Below are positions 1 through 10,375 of a stretch of DNA of 32,000 nt, one piece after another (within the stretch, counting starts at the first letter, position 1; every line of letters starts with the position of its first letter). The stretch lies in NCBI RefSeq assembly GCF_020694005.1, contig NZ_CP073013.1, positions 1,156,578-1,188,577 on the forward strand. Reading direction: 5' to 3'. Position numbers and translations under genes: made by a program. The stretch is from Marinomonas profundi. GTDB lineage: Bacteria; Pseudomonadota; Gammaproteobacteria; Pseudomonadales; Marinomonadaceae. The notes below the pieces were generated by a model. It was given only the letters and a program-made list of their open reading frames with translations. It made no database searches and had not been told where the DNA came from.

Positions 1-737
1 TCTTGGAGTATTTTAGCCGCTTCAATAATAGCGGGTAGGCCTTGCGCAAAGCCCAAGTTACCAGCAAATAAAATATTGAACCCTGGCTTGTCTGGAAAGT
101 TATCAATTTTTTGTATTGGCAAGGACAAGGCTTCTTCATCACACCAGTTGTAGATCACAGAAATCTTTTCATCGGGTACAGAGCGCTGAATCAAGCGCTT
201 ACGAAAACCTGATGATAGTACAACAATATGCGCTGCTTTCTTATAAACCAACTGACAGAGCTTACCCACTAACTTTAGCGCTTTGCTATTATTAAGCATA
301 CCAGTCGCCGCCAAGGTATCTGGCCACAGGTCTTGGATATCGATTACAAGCGGCACTCTACGAAAAAAGCTGATAATGGCAGCTGACATTGTGGTAGTTA
401 ACGGTGGATGATAAGCATAAATAACATCAGGTTTTCGAACCTTGAATAAACCACACATCAAGGAAGACATGGCAAAACTTGCATAGTTAAAGACGCGTTT
501 TATTGCCAAGCCATCATGGCTGGGGTACAAGGGGACACGGTGCACTTTGATACCTTGTATGATTTCTAAGGTATGAAAGCGCATTTTATACCCTTGGTAT
601 AACTTTCCACCTGGGTAGTTTGGGAAACCAGTAATCACCTCAACATCATGCCCTTTGGCGGCTAATGCTTTGGCAAACACTAGCCCTTTAAAAGTCGGCT
701 CAGGATCAAACCACTGAGTGACAATCAGTATTTTCAA
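1..737 (-). CDS. Glycosyltransferase family 4, WbuB-like (putative L-FucNAc transferase); C-terminal part lies beyond the window
   Basis: Not in the ORF track because it is open to the window edge. My translation from TTG at 737-735, preceded by the purine-rich AGGTGGTGGGG, reads (M)KILIVTQWFDPEPTFKGLVFAKALAAKGHDVEVITGFPNYPGGKL. This is a typical GT4 N-terminus. The gene lies directly after fnlA-B-C, as wbuB does in L-FucNAc loci. Confidence 0.7.
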   Translation of the reverse strand, partial: MKILIVTQWFDPEPTFKGLVFAKALAAKGHDVEVITGFPNYPGGKLYQGYKMRFHTLEIIQGIKVHRVPLYPSHDGLAIKRVFNYASFAMSSLMCGLFKVRKPDVIYAYHPPLTTTMSAAIISFFRRVPLVIDIQDLWPDTLAATGMLNNSKALKLVGKLCQLVYKKAAHIVVLSSGFRKRLIQRSVPDEKISVIYNWCDEEALSLPIQKIDNFPDKPGFNILFAGNLGFAQGLPAIIEAAKILQ

Positions 738-774
738 GCCCCACCACCTGTAAGCATCAAAACATGAGTAATCA

Positions 775-1905
775 TTAATATTTCTTCCACACAACTCTGT
801 TTACATAATCAGTATAAGAATGAACGATTCTGACAAGTTTATCTGAGACGTTCGGCATAGAATAATCATGAACCTGACGAATCAAGCGTTCTTTATCACG
901 TGCTTGGGTATCTAAGATAGCCAGCCCTTGCATAATACGTTGTACTCCCAAACCAACCATCATGACAGCTGCTTCTTCCATACCTTCAGGGCGTTCATGA
1001 GCTTCTCGCAAATTTAGCGCAGGAAAATTAAGGATAGAGGATTCTTCGTTAATGGTTCCGCTGTCTGACAATGCTACTTTGGCGGACAGTTGCAGCTTAT
1101 TATAATCTTTAAAACCTAACGGTTTAAGAAGCTGCACCATTGGATGAAAAGTGACCCCCATGGCATCGATACGCTTTTGTGTACGCGGATGAGTAGAAAC
1201 AATAACTGGCAAATTATAAGTGGTCGCAATAGTATTCAAAGACTCAACCAGATTTAAGAAGTTCTTCTCAGAGTCGATGTTTTCTTCACGGTGGGCACTA
1301 ATAATGAAAAACTGCCCTTTTTTTAAACCTAAGCGGTTAAGAACATCAGAGTCGTCTATGCCTTGACGGTAATAATTCAGCACTTCAAACATAGGACTAC
1401 CAGTTTTGATGATCATGTCAGCAGGCAAACCTTCACGTAATAAATAATCACGAGCGATGGTGCTATAGGTTAGGTTAATATCCGCCATGTGATCGACTAT
1501 GCGACGGTTAATCTCTTCGGGTACACGTTGATCAAAACAACGATTCCCAGCCTCCATATGAAAAGTAGGAATTTTCCGACGTTTCGCAGGTAAAACAGCC
1601 ATACAGCTGTTGGTATCACCGAGTACTAATAAAGCCTCAGGCTGAACCTCGGCCAACACTTTATCAACAACGATAATGACATTGCCTATAGTTTCAGCAC
1701 CGGACGCGCCAGCAGCGCCAAGAAAAAAGTCTGGTTTACGTATACCTAAGTCGTTAAAGAAGATTTCATTTAACTCATAATCATAGTTCTGACCAGTATG
1801 TACAATAATATGTTCACAATGCTCATCTAACTTCGCCATAACTCGCGACAAGCGAATAATTTCAGGGCGTGTGCCTACAACAGTGACTATTTTTAATTTA
1901 TTCAT
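775..1905 (-). CDS. fnlC: UDP-N-acetylglucosamine 2-epimerase family, non-hydrolysing (FnlC/Cap5G/WbjD type, last step to UDP-L-FucNAc)
   Basis: 376 aa. KIVTVVGTRPEIIRLS N-terminus and the SAHREEN motif are typical of WecB/Cap5G-type epimerases. It is the third gene of an fnlA-fnlB-fnlC run. Confidence 0.85.
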   Translation of the reverse strand: MNKLKIVTVVGTRPEIIRLSRVMAKLDEHCEHIIVHTGQNYDYELNEIFFNDLGIRKPDFFLGAAGASGAETIGNVIIVVDKVLAEVQPEALLVLGDTNSCMAVLPAKRRKIPTFHMEAGNRCFDQRVPEEINRRIVDHMADINLTYSTIARDYLLREGLPADMIIKTGSPMFEVLNYYRQGIDDSDVLNRLGLKKGQFFIISAHREENIDSEKNFLNLVESLNTIATTYNLPVIVSTHPRTQKRIDAMGVTFHPMVQLLKPLGFKDYNKLQLSAKVALSDSGTINEESSILNFPALNLREAHERPEGMEEAAVMMVGLGVQRIMQGLAILDTQARDKERLIRQVHDYSMPNVSDKLVRIVHSYTDYVNRVVWKKY

Positions 1906-1918
1906 TACAGATCTTTCC

Positions 1919-3025
1919 TTACACCTTGTATGTCACTGTATCGGGGCGCTGACGATCAAAGTTTTCATTGGCCCACAACATCACCACCATTTCATCATCA
2001 CCGATATTCGTAATATCGTGCGACCAACCAGGCACAGTCTCTACTATCTCAGGCTGATCACCACAGGTGTTTATTTCCACAAATTCATCAGTCACAATAT
2101 GGCGAAAGCCAAAGCGCGCTTTCCCCTTGATAACAAGAAATTTCTCTGTTTTCACATGGTGATAGTGTCCACCGCGTGTCACACCTGGATGCGCCGTGAA
2201 AAATGAGAACTGGCCGGAATCACGTGTTTTCAGCATTTCAACAAAAGACCCTCTGGGATCTTCATGTTTATTAAGCGGGTAATTGAAATCGTTTGGGGAT
2301 ATATAGCTAATATAAGTGGCATACAGCACACGTGTAAAACCATCACCTACCGCTTCAGTGACTAAGGTTTCACGACTATTTTTGAATTTATAAAGCTGTT
2401 CAACTAGTTCACCCAACGTCGCTGTGTATATAGGGTCAACGCTAACATACAGTTTATCGGTTGGTTGATTTATCAGCAAATCGATGAAAGAGCTGATTAC
2501 CGCGCCAATATGAACTAAGCTAAGCTCTGTCGAAGGATCATTCACCTGAATAGGTAAACCATGGCTGATATTATGGCAAAAAGTCGCCACCGCAGAATTG
2601 TAATTTGGACGACACCATTTGCCAAAAACATTCGGCAAACGATAAATATAAACCTGATTGCCCGTCTCCATATACAAGTTCATCAAATGCATTTCGGCTT
2701 GTAGCTTGCTACGGCCATAAGCATTCGTTCGTTCAGCTTGGATAGATGAGGTAATTACAATAGGAATATTTCGCCCAGACGCCACAATAGCACTGCAAAT
2801 TTCAGCCGTTAGTTCCGAGTTTCCAATAAAAAATTCGCTTTCTTCATCAGGTCGATTAATACCAGCAAGATGAAAAATGAAGTCGGCTTCAGCAACTAAA
2901 TGGGATAGTTGACCATGATCTAATTCACGAGTGAACGGAAGAACCTCATGGCCACCCATTTTATTCAGCGTGACAACTAAATTTTTACCGATAAATCCGT
3001 TAGCTCCAGTAACCAAAACCTTCAT
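1919..3025 (-). CDS. fnlB: FnlB/Cap5F/WbjC-type reductase (SDR N-domain plus cupin-like C-domain) of UDP-L-FucNAc synthesis
   Basis: MKVLVTGANGFIGKN Rossmann motif. I moved the start to ATG 3025, which has a GGAGGA SD just upstream and lies 1 nt after the fnlA stop. The ORF-track start at 3061 would overlap fnlA by 35 nt. The C-terminal GGHYHH cupin-like segment matches Cap5F-type proteins. Confidence 0.85.
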   Translation of the reverse strand: MKVLVTGANGFIGKNLVVTLNKMGGHEVLPFTRELDHGQLSHLVAEADFIFHLAGINRPDEESEFFIGNSELTAEICSAIVASGRNIPIVITSSIQAERTNAYGRSKLQAEMHLMNLYMETGNQVYIYRLPNVFGKWCRPNYNSAVATFCHNISHGLPIQVNDPSTELSLVHIGAVISSFIDLLINQPTDKLYVSVDPIYTATLGELVEQLYKFKNSRETLVTEAVGDGFTRVLYATYISYISPNDFNYPLNKHEDPRGSFVEMLKTRDSGQFSFFTAHPGVTRGGHYHHVKTEKFLVIKGKARFGFRHIVTDEFVEINTCGDQPEIVETVPGWSHDITNIGDDEMVVMLWANENFDRQRPDTVTYKV

Positions 3026-3026
3026 T

Positions 3027-4061
3027 TTATTCCTCCGCAGCGACCCATTCGCCATCAACAATAGCCTGCATAAAGCTTAACTTAAGAAGCAATGCTTGCA
3101 TACCTGCCACACCCAAACGCTCAGTGTTGTGGGAATTGTAGTCTTCGGTACGTGAAATCACTTCTTCACCCACCTCAACAAACTTCGCATAATTCAAATC
3201 ACGTAGATCTGGCGGAACGCGGAAGTAATCGCCCATGTCTTCAGCGCAGGCCATTTCTTCTCGGCTCAATAACGCTTCATACAATTTTTCACCATGGCGT
3301 GTACCAATGATATTGATCGGGTGTTCTGGCTTATTAAGTAGTTGAGTTAAAGCTTGGGCCAAAACCTCTACCGTAGCAGCGGGGGCTTTCTGCACGAAAA
3401 TATCGCCATTGTTACCATGCTCGAAGGCATACAATACTAGATCAACAGCGTCAGCCAATGTCATCATAAAGCGTGTCATGTTTGGATCAGTAATGGTAAT
3501 AGGCTGTCCAGCACGAATCTGTTCAATAAACAATGGGATCACAGAACCGCGAGAGGCCATAACATTGCCATAACGTGTGCCGCAAATGACGGTCTTGGTA
3601 TCGTCTACCGTGCGTGACTTGGCAACGATAACCTTTTCCATCATGGCTTTCGAGATGCCCATGGCATTGATCGGATACACTGCTTTATCTGTACTCAGGC
3701 AAACAACACGATTAACACCACACTGAATTGCCGCCTCTAGCACGTTTTCTGTGCCTAGAACGTTGGTCTTAACTGCTTCTAAAGGATAAAATTCGCACGA
3801 AGGCACTTGTTTAAGCGCAGCGGCATGAAATATATAATCAACACCACGAGTGGCGTTTAATACGGATTGATAATCTCGCACATCGCCAATATAAAACTTT
3901 AACTTAGGATGATTGTACTTTTTGCGCATATCATCTTGCTTTTTCTCATCGCGAGAAAAAATACGAATTTCTTTAAGATCAGAATCTAAAAAACCTTTAA
4001 GAACAGCGTTACCAAAAGAACCTGTACCGCCTGTGATCATTAATATTTTATTAGAAAACAT
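3027..4061 (-). CDS. fnlA: UDP-GlcNAc 4,6-dehydratase/5-epimerase (FnlA/Cap5E/WbjB type)
   Basis: 344 aa. ILMITGGTGSFGNAV glycine-rich motif and overall Cap5E-like sequence. It is followed by fnlB and fnlC. Confidence 0.9.
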   Translation of the reverse strand: MFSNKILMITGGTGSFGNAVLKGFLDSDLKEIRIFSRDEKKQDDMRKKYNHPKLKFYIGDVRDYQSVLNATRGVDYIFHAAALKQVPSCEFYPLEAVKTNVLGTENVLEAAIQCGVNRVVCLSTDKAVYPINAMGISKAMMEKVIVAKSRTVDDTKTVICGTRYGNVMASRGSVIPLFIEQIRAGQPITITDPNMTRFMMTLADAVDLVLYAFEHGNNGDIFVQKAPAATVEVLAQALTQLLNKPEHPINIIGTRHGEKLYEALLSREEMACAEDMGDYFRVPPDLRDLNYAKFVEVGEEVISRTEDYNSHNTERLGVAGMQALLLKLSFMQAIVDGEWVAAEE

Positions 4062-4081
4062 AATTATTCCTTAACTTGAAG

Positions 4082-5242
4082 CTAGATATTAATATCATTT
4101 ACAATGTGCTTTTTATAAGCTCTATTCATTGCAAACATAAATAAAATAAAAAGATAAGCGTTAGGTGAAAAGATCAAACCTTTGAAGTTTAACCAAAAAC
4201 CAGCAAAAACCCATACAAAGAAGAAAGCTTTATTTCCGAATGCCCTAAAGCAAAGTATAACTATAAAAAATAGAAATAAGGTTGTATAAAAAACTCCACC
4301 ATAGTTTATTAATATTATCCAACCAGGGTCAACAGTAGAATTTAAACCCGGCAAAAACATATAATTACCATTACCTAAAATAAACTCTAAAAAATCAGCA
4401 TTTGTAAAAATGAAATGATCCTCAAAAATAATATTTATAGTTCTCATTCCACCACTAGAGAGTTCTTCTTGTAGGCGCTGTGGTAGGTAATCGACATAGT
4501 ATAAATAAATAAATACTAATATAATGAAAAACCAAAATGATAAAAATAAAAACCTAAAAAAATAGCGAGACTTGAAGCGAGTTAAAAAACCAAGAATCAA
4601 TGCCACTACAACATTATTGGAATTAAATAACTGAGTAAAAACGATAAAAAAATTAAAAACCTTCACCCTAAATAATGTCAATACTGTAAGCACCATAACG
4701 AATGGTGCTGTAAAATTAATCTCTGGCGTATAACCAAAACCTCTCGTATAATAATTCCACTCATAAATGATATTAACGCTATTTGACATACCCATAATGG
4801 AATAAATAAGTTCTTTACCACCTGGGTAATAAAAAGTAAAAAACCAAAAAAAAGTCTGTAGTAAAAAAACACTAAGAATTAATTTTTTTAACTTGTCATC
4901 ATCACCTTTTAAATAGTAACAAACAAAAAACGCAGAGGGAACAACTGACATAATAAAAATAGTCAGGGCCCTAACTGTAAATGAATTAGTTAGTTTATTA
5001 GCAAGAGCGCCTGTAGTAATATCAACACAAAACGAGTAAAGAAAAATAAAAGTATAAATAAAGATAAAACTTAAGCCTAATGCATTAATTAAAACCAATC
5101 TAAATCGTAAACTAAAAAGGAAAACACACCCTAAAAGACCCAAAAAAAAAGAGAAATAAAATGTTGTAAAAAAAACCGGTATCCGAAAAAAAACAATAAA
5201 AAAAAGAATTATAAAAAAAACGACTTTCATGAAAAAACCCAA
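4082..5242 (-). CDS. Polytopic membrane protein, probable O-antigen/repeat-unit polymerase (Wzy-like)
   Basis: 386 aa, extremely Phe/Ile/Leu-rich with many predicted TM segments and very AT-rich DNA. It sits in a locus that also has wzx. The start is ambiguous: TTG at 5242 or ATG at 5230. The call rests on context only. Confidence 0.5.
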   Translation of the reverse strand: MGFFMKVVFFIILFFIVFFRIPVFFTTFYFSFFLGLLGCVFLFSLRFRLVLINALGLSFIFIYTFIFLYSFCVDITTGALANKLTNSFTVRALTIFIMSVVPSAFFVCYYLKGDDDKLKKLILSVFLLQTFFWFFTFYYPGGKELIYSIMGMSNSVNIIYEWNYYTRGFGYTPEINFTAPFVMVLTVLTLFRVKVFNFFIVFTQLFNSNNVVVALILGFLTRFKSRYFFRFLFLSFWFFIILVFIYLYYVDYLPQRLQEELSSGGMRTINIIFEDHFIFTNADFLEFILGNGNYMFLPGLNSTVDPGWIILINYGGVFYTTLFLFFIVILCFRAFGNKAFFFVWVFAGFWLNFKGLIFSPNAYLFILFMFAMNRAYKKHIVNDINI

Positions 5243-5281
5243 TGAATCACTTTAAAGAAAAAACTGGTATATAACAAAAAT

Positions 5282-6283
5282 TCAAGACTTATCCTCCATA
5301 AAATAATCTGCTCTATTCTTTAATAAACTATAATGTTCCTTATGGGAAACCAACAAAAGCTCTTTTTTAAAACTGCTATAACTTCTAAATATCGTCACTA
5401 TTTTAAGAAAAAAACCAAAAACAAAACGATAAAATGCAATGTTAAAGAAAACATTAAGGAACTTATTTTTTTTTCGAAACAACCATAGTCTATTTTCAAG
5501 AACAAACCTAGAAAAAAAATTATCAGACCTTTCTATTAAATAATTATAAACTTTAACTTTGTCGTTAAAAAAACGTCCTTCAGCAGTAATATATGAAGAA
5601 CCAGATGTCCTTCTATAATAAACAAATACCTTATTACTTAGTGTAAATATAGAATCTGGATTCTTCTCTGCAATTGCAACCTGTAAAGGCCAATCTTCTA
5701 CTACATCATAATCCTTAAGAAAAGAGATTGTATCTGGATCAGTTAGATTTTTAAAATTGTAAAACATATTTGGCGCATTATTATTGGAAAGAAAGATAAA
5801 ACGATCAATTAATTTTTTTCCTCTGTATATATGGTGGGAGGAAATCACTTCCAAAGAGGTTTTGATACTTTCGTTGATGAAATTCTCAGTAAGAATTAAT
5901 GGGATACCACTCGAAAAAGAAACATTATCACTCAACGATGAATGTTCAAATATATTTTCGTAAGAGTAAACATCATCACCTGCTGTAATCTTCAGTCTCG
6001 TTGTATCAACATTCTCTAAGATATTTAGAACAGATGCGCATGTTCCAGAATTACTAGAGTTGAATATTTTTTTCACATTATTAAAAATAGAAAAATTCTC
6101 ATTAAGCCAATAAGAAAGGTATCTGACAGTATTATCTGTAGATGCATCATCATTTACTACCAAGTCTACTTCCCAATCATCCCCATAGCTATCAATCAGA
6201 TACTTTATACTTTCTAAGTGTTCAACAATGTATTCTTGGTGATTATAACAAAGCACTGCAAATGTAAATCGCTTTCTTGACAT
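5282..6283 (-). CDS. Glycosyltransferase family 2
   Basis: The N-terminus FTFAVLCYNHQEYIVEHLESI...VVNDDASTDNT is the classical GT2 (GT-A, DxD-type) signature. The ATG at 6283 is preferred over the adjacent TTG at 6286. Confidence 0.8.
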   Translation of the reverse strand: MSRKRFTFAVLCYNHQEYIVEHLESIKYLIDSYGDDWEVDLVVNDDASTDNTVRYLSYWLNENFSIFNNVKKIFNSSNSGTCASVLNILENVDTTRLKITAGDDVYSYENIFEHSSLSDNVSFSSGIPLILTENFINESIKTSLEVISSHHIYRGKKLIDRFIFLSNNNAPNMFYNFKNLTDPDTISFLKDYDVVEDWPLQVAIAEKNPDSIFTLSNKVFVYYRRTSGSSYITAEGRFFNDKVKVYNYLIERSDNFFSRFVLENRLWLFRKKNKFLNVFFNIAFYRFVFGFFLKIVTIFRSYSSFKKELLLVSHKEHYSLLKNRADYFMEDKS

Positions 6284-6714
6284 CAAAAATATCCTAAAAT
6301 CTAAACTTGAAATAAAACCAGTTAAATATTGACCAGCTGAAATACATCTAAGCAGAATAAAACATATGCTGCCTAAAACCCTCTAACTGAGAAAAAAATA
6401 TAATAAAATAGAAATTTTCATGTAATAAAATGACACCACTAAATGAAATCGTTGAGCCTACAGCTATTTTAACAACAAGGACAAGCGTTAAACCATCATT
6501 AATTTAAACCTAGTCAAATAACGAATCAAACATTAAAGTATGGCGCTTTCTCACTTCAGAAGACTAAAAATACTTCTTTAAACAATATATGTTCATACTT
6601 TTATATTTGTTGTAAAAAAGATACTAAATCCAGCAATTGATTTCGTCTACATAATGATTAGTATTATAATATTTATTGCCCCAAGTTAGAGCTGCTAAGA
6701 TTATCATGCGTCAT

Positions 6715-8151
6715 TTAATTTTTTATTTTACTATAAATCATACCAAAACTATTCAAAAAAAATTTATCACGCAGCACAAAAAGCATTGCTATATAAATAA
6801 TCGCGCCTAATGCTATTTTAACAAGCAATGTCAGTAACAAGCTATCGTTAGCTGAAATCAGGCCAATCGCGAAATACATAAGCGCTGCAGCAATGATGTA
6901 TTTGTACGCTATTTTTAATTGTGCTATTCCACCGAAACCAAAGAGCTTGCCCGGGTAATAAGAATTTATAAAAAATGCAATAAAAGAAGTACAGACCATG
7001 GCCCATGCTAACCCCTCAATACCGTAGGGCAATGCTATAAATAAGGCCGCCACAGTCATTGGTAATTTAGAAAGGTCTACTTTCAAAAATAAATCTGAGC
7101 GACCTATTGCGTTGAGTATATTTAGGTTAATTGAGCTTATTGGGGTAATTGACCTTGCAAAACATAAGGCGATTAAAACCGGTATAACAGGCAACCAGTC
7201 TTCACCTAAAAGTAACCTAACAAATTCATTTGATACCGCTGCAAAGCCAATAAGTAGCGGTACAGAAACCAACATCGTGATGGATATTAACTGTGTGTAT
7301 ACATTAACCAACCGCTCTCTATCATCTTTTATAGAGGTCATAATAGGGTATGTTACACCTTGCAATGTTGAGTTTATAAATTGTGTAGCGTAATTACTAA
7401 GATTTGTTGCTTGTGTAAAATAACCTACCTGAGTTGCATTAAAGTAACGCCCGACTAATGCAACATAAAGATTATTAACAAAAGTGGCAACAAAACCTGC
7501 AAGCATTAAATTAGAGCCAAATTTAAACAACCTATTAAATGACTCAGCACTAAAAATGAACTTAGGTAACCATTGGCAGTAAAACCATAGCACGATTCCG
7601 TTAAAAATAGATTTAGTTATTAGTAACCACACTAATGACCAGTAGCCATAACCAGCCATAGCCAAATAAATCCCTATACATGCACTCAGCAAAGTAGAAA
7701 TTGTATTGGCTATAGCCTGGCTTTTAAAATCTATATTAATAGTAAGCTTGGCACGAACCACAACAGTTAGAGAGCTTACTAAAATAACTAAAAACAAAAC
7801 CCTAGATATTTCAACTAACTCTGGCGCATTGTAAAAAGCCGAAATAAATGGGGCACAGAAATATAATAAAAAATACATTACTATACCCCAAAAAATATTA
7901 ACATAAAATATTGTAGAAGAATCTTCCTCTGTCAAATATTGGCTTCGCTGTATAAGCGCTTGGGCGAAACCATTATTCACCACGCTTTCAGCTAACAAGG
8001 TAAAAATAGTTAGCATTCCGATCAAACCAAAACTTTCTGGACCAATGATACGTGCAATAAAAATAGTCACAGCTAAATAACCTAGCTGGTTAATTAACTT
8101 ATCAGATAAACTCCAAACAACTCCATTTAATGCTTTAGCCCTAAGTGACAT
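6715..8151 (-). CDS. wzx: Wzx-type polysaccharide flippase (MOP/PST family)
   Basis: 478 aa polytopic protein. The N-terminus KALNGVVWSLSDKLINQLGYLAVTIFIARIIGPESFGL is typical of PST-family flippases. Confidence 0.8.
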   Translation of the reverse strand: MSLRAKALNGVVWSLSDKLINQLGYLAVTIFIARIIGPESFGLIGMLTIFTLLAESVVNNGFAQALIQRSQYLTEEDSSTIFYVNIFWGIVMYFLLYFCAPFISAFYNAPELVEISRVLFLVILVSSLTVVVRAKLTINIDFKSQAIANTISTLLSACIGIYLAMAGYGYWSLVWLLITKSIFNGIVLWFYCQWLPKFIFSAESFNRLFKFGSNLMLAGFVATFVNNLYVALVGRYFNATQVGYFTQATNLSNYATQFINSTLQGVTYPIMTSIKDDRERLVNVYTQLISITMLVSVPLLIGFAAVSNEFVRLLLGEDWLPVIPVLIALCFARSITPISSINLNILNAIGRSDLFLKVDLSKLPMTVAALFIALPYGIEGLAWAMVCTSFIAFFINSYYPGKLFGFGGIAQLKIAYKYIIAAALMYFAIGLISANDSLLLTLLVKIALGAIIYIAMLFVLRDKFFLNSFGMIYSKIKN

Positions 8152-8165
8152 ATGATTTAAATGAC

Positions 8166-9251
8166 CTATATAGTGAATATTATTTTATTTAGTAAAGGCA
8201 TTGTCATATCACCACTATAATTACCTACACGATCTGGATGAAACATCTCACTCTTCAAACTTTCAATTTGTGGATTACTAACATATTTAGCTAGACGATT
8301 ATCAAGATCCATACCCTCCAACATTAATTTTATTCGAAGTAAAAGATGTTTTTCTTTACTATCGGGTTTCATCAAAACATAATTGTGTATTAATCTTGGT
8401 AATGTAAAACTACATGCAAGGCCATGCGGCACACCATAGTGGCTTGTAAGTGGATATGATATTGAGTGCGCTATAGCTGTGCGAGTTTGGCTAATCGCCA
8501 GGCCTGCCAAAACGCTGGCATTTTGCATTGCTGTGCGTGCTTTCAAGTCTGAAGGTCTATTAAGCACTTGAGGTAATGCTTTTTCAGCCAGCTCCAGAGC
8601 CTGAATAGCAAAACTGCTGCTAACAGGGCTACGGTTGACATTCCATAACGATTCCAGTGCATGCGAGACCGCATCCAAACCTGTGTAGAGGGTTTCCTGG
8701 TCAGGTAGACCCAGTGTTAACTCTGGGTCAAGAAGTACCTTTTCTGGAAAGATTTGATCACCAATCACCGAGTATTTTTTATGCTGAGTCTGATCCCAGA
8801 CGGTAGCAAAAGGTGTTACTTCTGCACCTGTGCCTGAGGTGGTCGGAATCACCACCAAAGGCAGCTTTTGTTGCCAAACGTGTTTCTTGCCCTGGCGTAA
8901 AACTTCAGTCAGTGGCTGCTGCAATGCACTGGGTAGCGCAACAGCAAGCACCTTTGCTGCATCCAGCACACTCCCACCACCAATTGCAATAATACCCTGA
9001 AATTTTTGGCTGCGATAATGCTGAATAATCGCTTCTAAATCATCCAGCTCAGGGTTGGGTGTAACTTGGTCATGGACTATCAACTGCACATCAGATAACA
9101 AATACTGAATCTTTTCTGTCAGCCCACGACGTGTAAAACCTGCCGAAGTTACCAACAACCAACGACCAGGTGTTATCAACTGTGGCAGTTTTTCTAGACT
9201 ACCCGCCCCTGCAATCAAGGTGGCCGGATTATGATAGTGCCAGTCCTTCAT
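8166..9251 (-). CDS. Group III iron-containing alcohol dehydrogenase, putative phosphonoacetaldehyde reductase (FomC/PhpC-like)
   Basis: GGGSVLDAAK motif and a His-rich metal site (AHSISYPLTSHYGVPHG). There is a 4-bp ATGA overlap with the upstream phosphonopyruvate decarboxylase gene. Confidence 0.7.
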   Translation of the reverse strand: MKDWHYHNPATLIAGAGSLEKLPQLITPGRWLLVTSAGFTRRGLTEKIQYLLSDVQLIVHDQVTPNPELDDLEAIIQHYRSQKFQGIIAIGGGSVLDAAKVLAVALPSALQQPLTEVLRQGKKHVWQQKLPLVVIPTTSGTGAEVTPFATVWDQTQHKKYSVIGDQIFPEKVLLDPELTLGLPDQETLYTGLDAVSHALESLWNVNRSPVSSSFAIQALELAEKALPQVLNRPSDLKARTAMQNASVLAGLAISQTRTAIAHSISYPLTSHYGVPHGLACSFTLPRLIHNYVLMKPDSKEKHLLLRIKLMLEGMDLDNRLAKYVSNPQIESLKSEMFHPDRVGNYSGDMTMPLLNKIIFTI

Positions 9252-10366
9252 AAACCTGCTGCCTTCATGAAAGCAAGTTTGTTTTCTTCTGGGGTGCTGG
9301 TAGGCCTAGCCAAGTCATCGCGTGAACCCGTAGTGATTTTGATCTCAAACAGCATCGGTCCTGGTTGATGTTGAATTTCCTGCCAAGCTGTTTCAATGCC
9401 AGCTTGATCACTGGCACTCCAATAGCCCTTGTAGCCACTGGCGAGAGCAAGTGCTTTGAAATCGATGTTACCAGCTACGGTCGGCTGCCCACCCACTGAC
9501 TCATGAGCGGCATTGTTCAGGAGCACATGCACCATGTTTTTTGGAGCCACATCACCTATAATCGGCAATGCGCCCAAATGCATTAAAACCGAACCATCGC
9601 CATCAATGCAGACAACCTTTTTGCCTGGATTACCCAAGGCAGCACCCAGTGCAATAGAGGCTGTATGCCCCATGCCGCCGACTGTTAGAAAATCACGCTG
9701 GATTTCGCCCCGCTCAACACGTAATTCAAACACTTCTCGCGAGGTTTTCCCAGTCGTGCTGACCACCAGGCTAGAACCGGTTAGATTGAGCAAAGAGCGC
9801 AATGCATCTTCACGCTTCATTTGTGAAGGCGAAGTCGACTTGCGCATACTTTTGTATTGTGAGAAGGTGCCTTTGCGTACAAGAAAAGCGATGGCAGAAC
9901 CTGTTTCCACTACTTTTTGAAGTGCGTCCTTTAGCGTTGCTTCCAGATCTGTATCTTGATCTAGTACCCAGTAGGGTATCCCCAAAAGGTCCAACTGCTG
10001 TGGTGTAATCGCACCCTGTTTCACATGCTGTGGTTCATCCTTGATACCAGGTTCACCACGCCAGCCGATGATCATTACCAGGGGTATTTTGTAGACATGA
10101 GGATCAGTAATTGATGTCAATGGGTTAATCGTATTACCCAACCCTGAGTTTTGCATATAAACCGCAGCTAATTTCCCTGTGGTTAGATGATAACCCGCAG
10201 CCATGGCAATCGCATTACCTTCATTAGCTGTAATAATGTGTTCCCCAGTTCGACCGTGATCATCAACATATGCACAAAAATCTTTGAGCAAAGAATCGGG
10301 AACACCTGCAAAGAGACCGATACCGGCCTCTTGCAGTTTTGTATAAAAAATTCGAGGTTCAATCAT
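9248..10366 (-). CDS. ppd: Phosphonopyruvate decarboxylase (ThDP-dependent; Ppd/AepY/Fom2 type)
   Basis: 372 aa. The N-terminus LQEAGIGLFAGVPDSLLKDFCAYV is typical of Ppd. It carries the ThDP motif GDGSVLMHLG...LLNNAAHES and lies immediately downstream of the PEP mutase. Confidence 0.85.
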   Translation of the reverse strand: MIEPRIFYTKLQEAGIGLFAGVPDSLLKDFCAYVDDHGRTGEHIITANEGNAIAMAAGYHLTTGKLAAVYMQNSGLGNTINPLTSITDPHVYKIPLVMIIGWRGEPGIKDEPQHVKQGAITPQQLDLLGIPYWVLDQDTDLEATLKDALQKVVETGSAIAFLVRKGTFSQYKSMRKSTSPSQMKREDALRSLLNLTGSSLVVSTTGKTSREVFELRVERGEIQRDFLTVGGMGHTASIALGAALGNPGKKVVCIDGDGSVLMHLGALPIIGDVAPKNMVHVLLNNAAHESVGGQPTVAGNIDFKALALASGYKGYWSASDQAGIETAWQEIQHQPGPMLFEIKITTGSRDDLARPTSTPEENKLAFMKAAGL

Positions 10367-10375
10367 AAAAATGCC

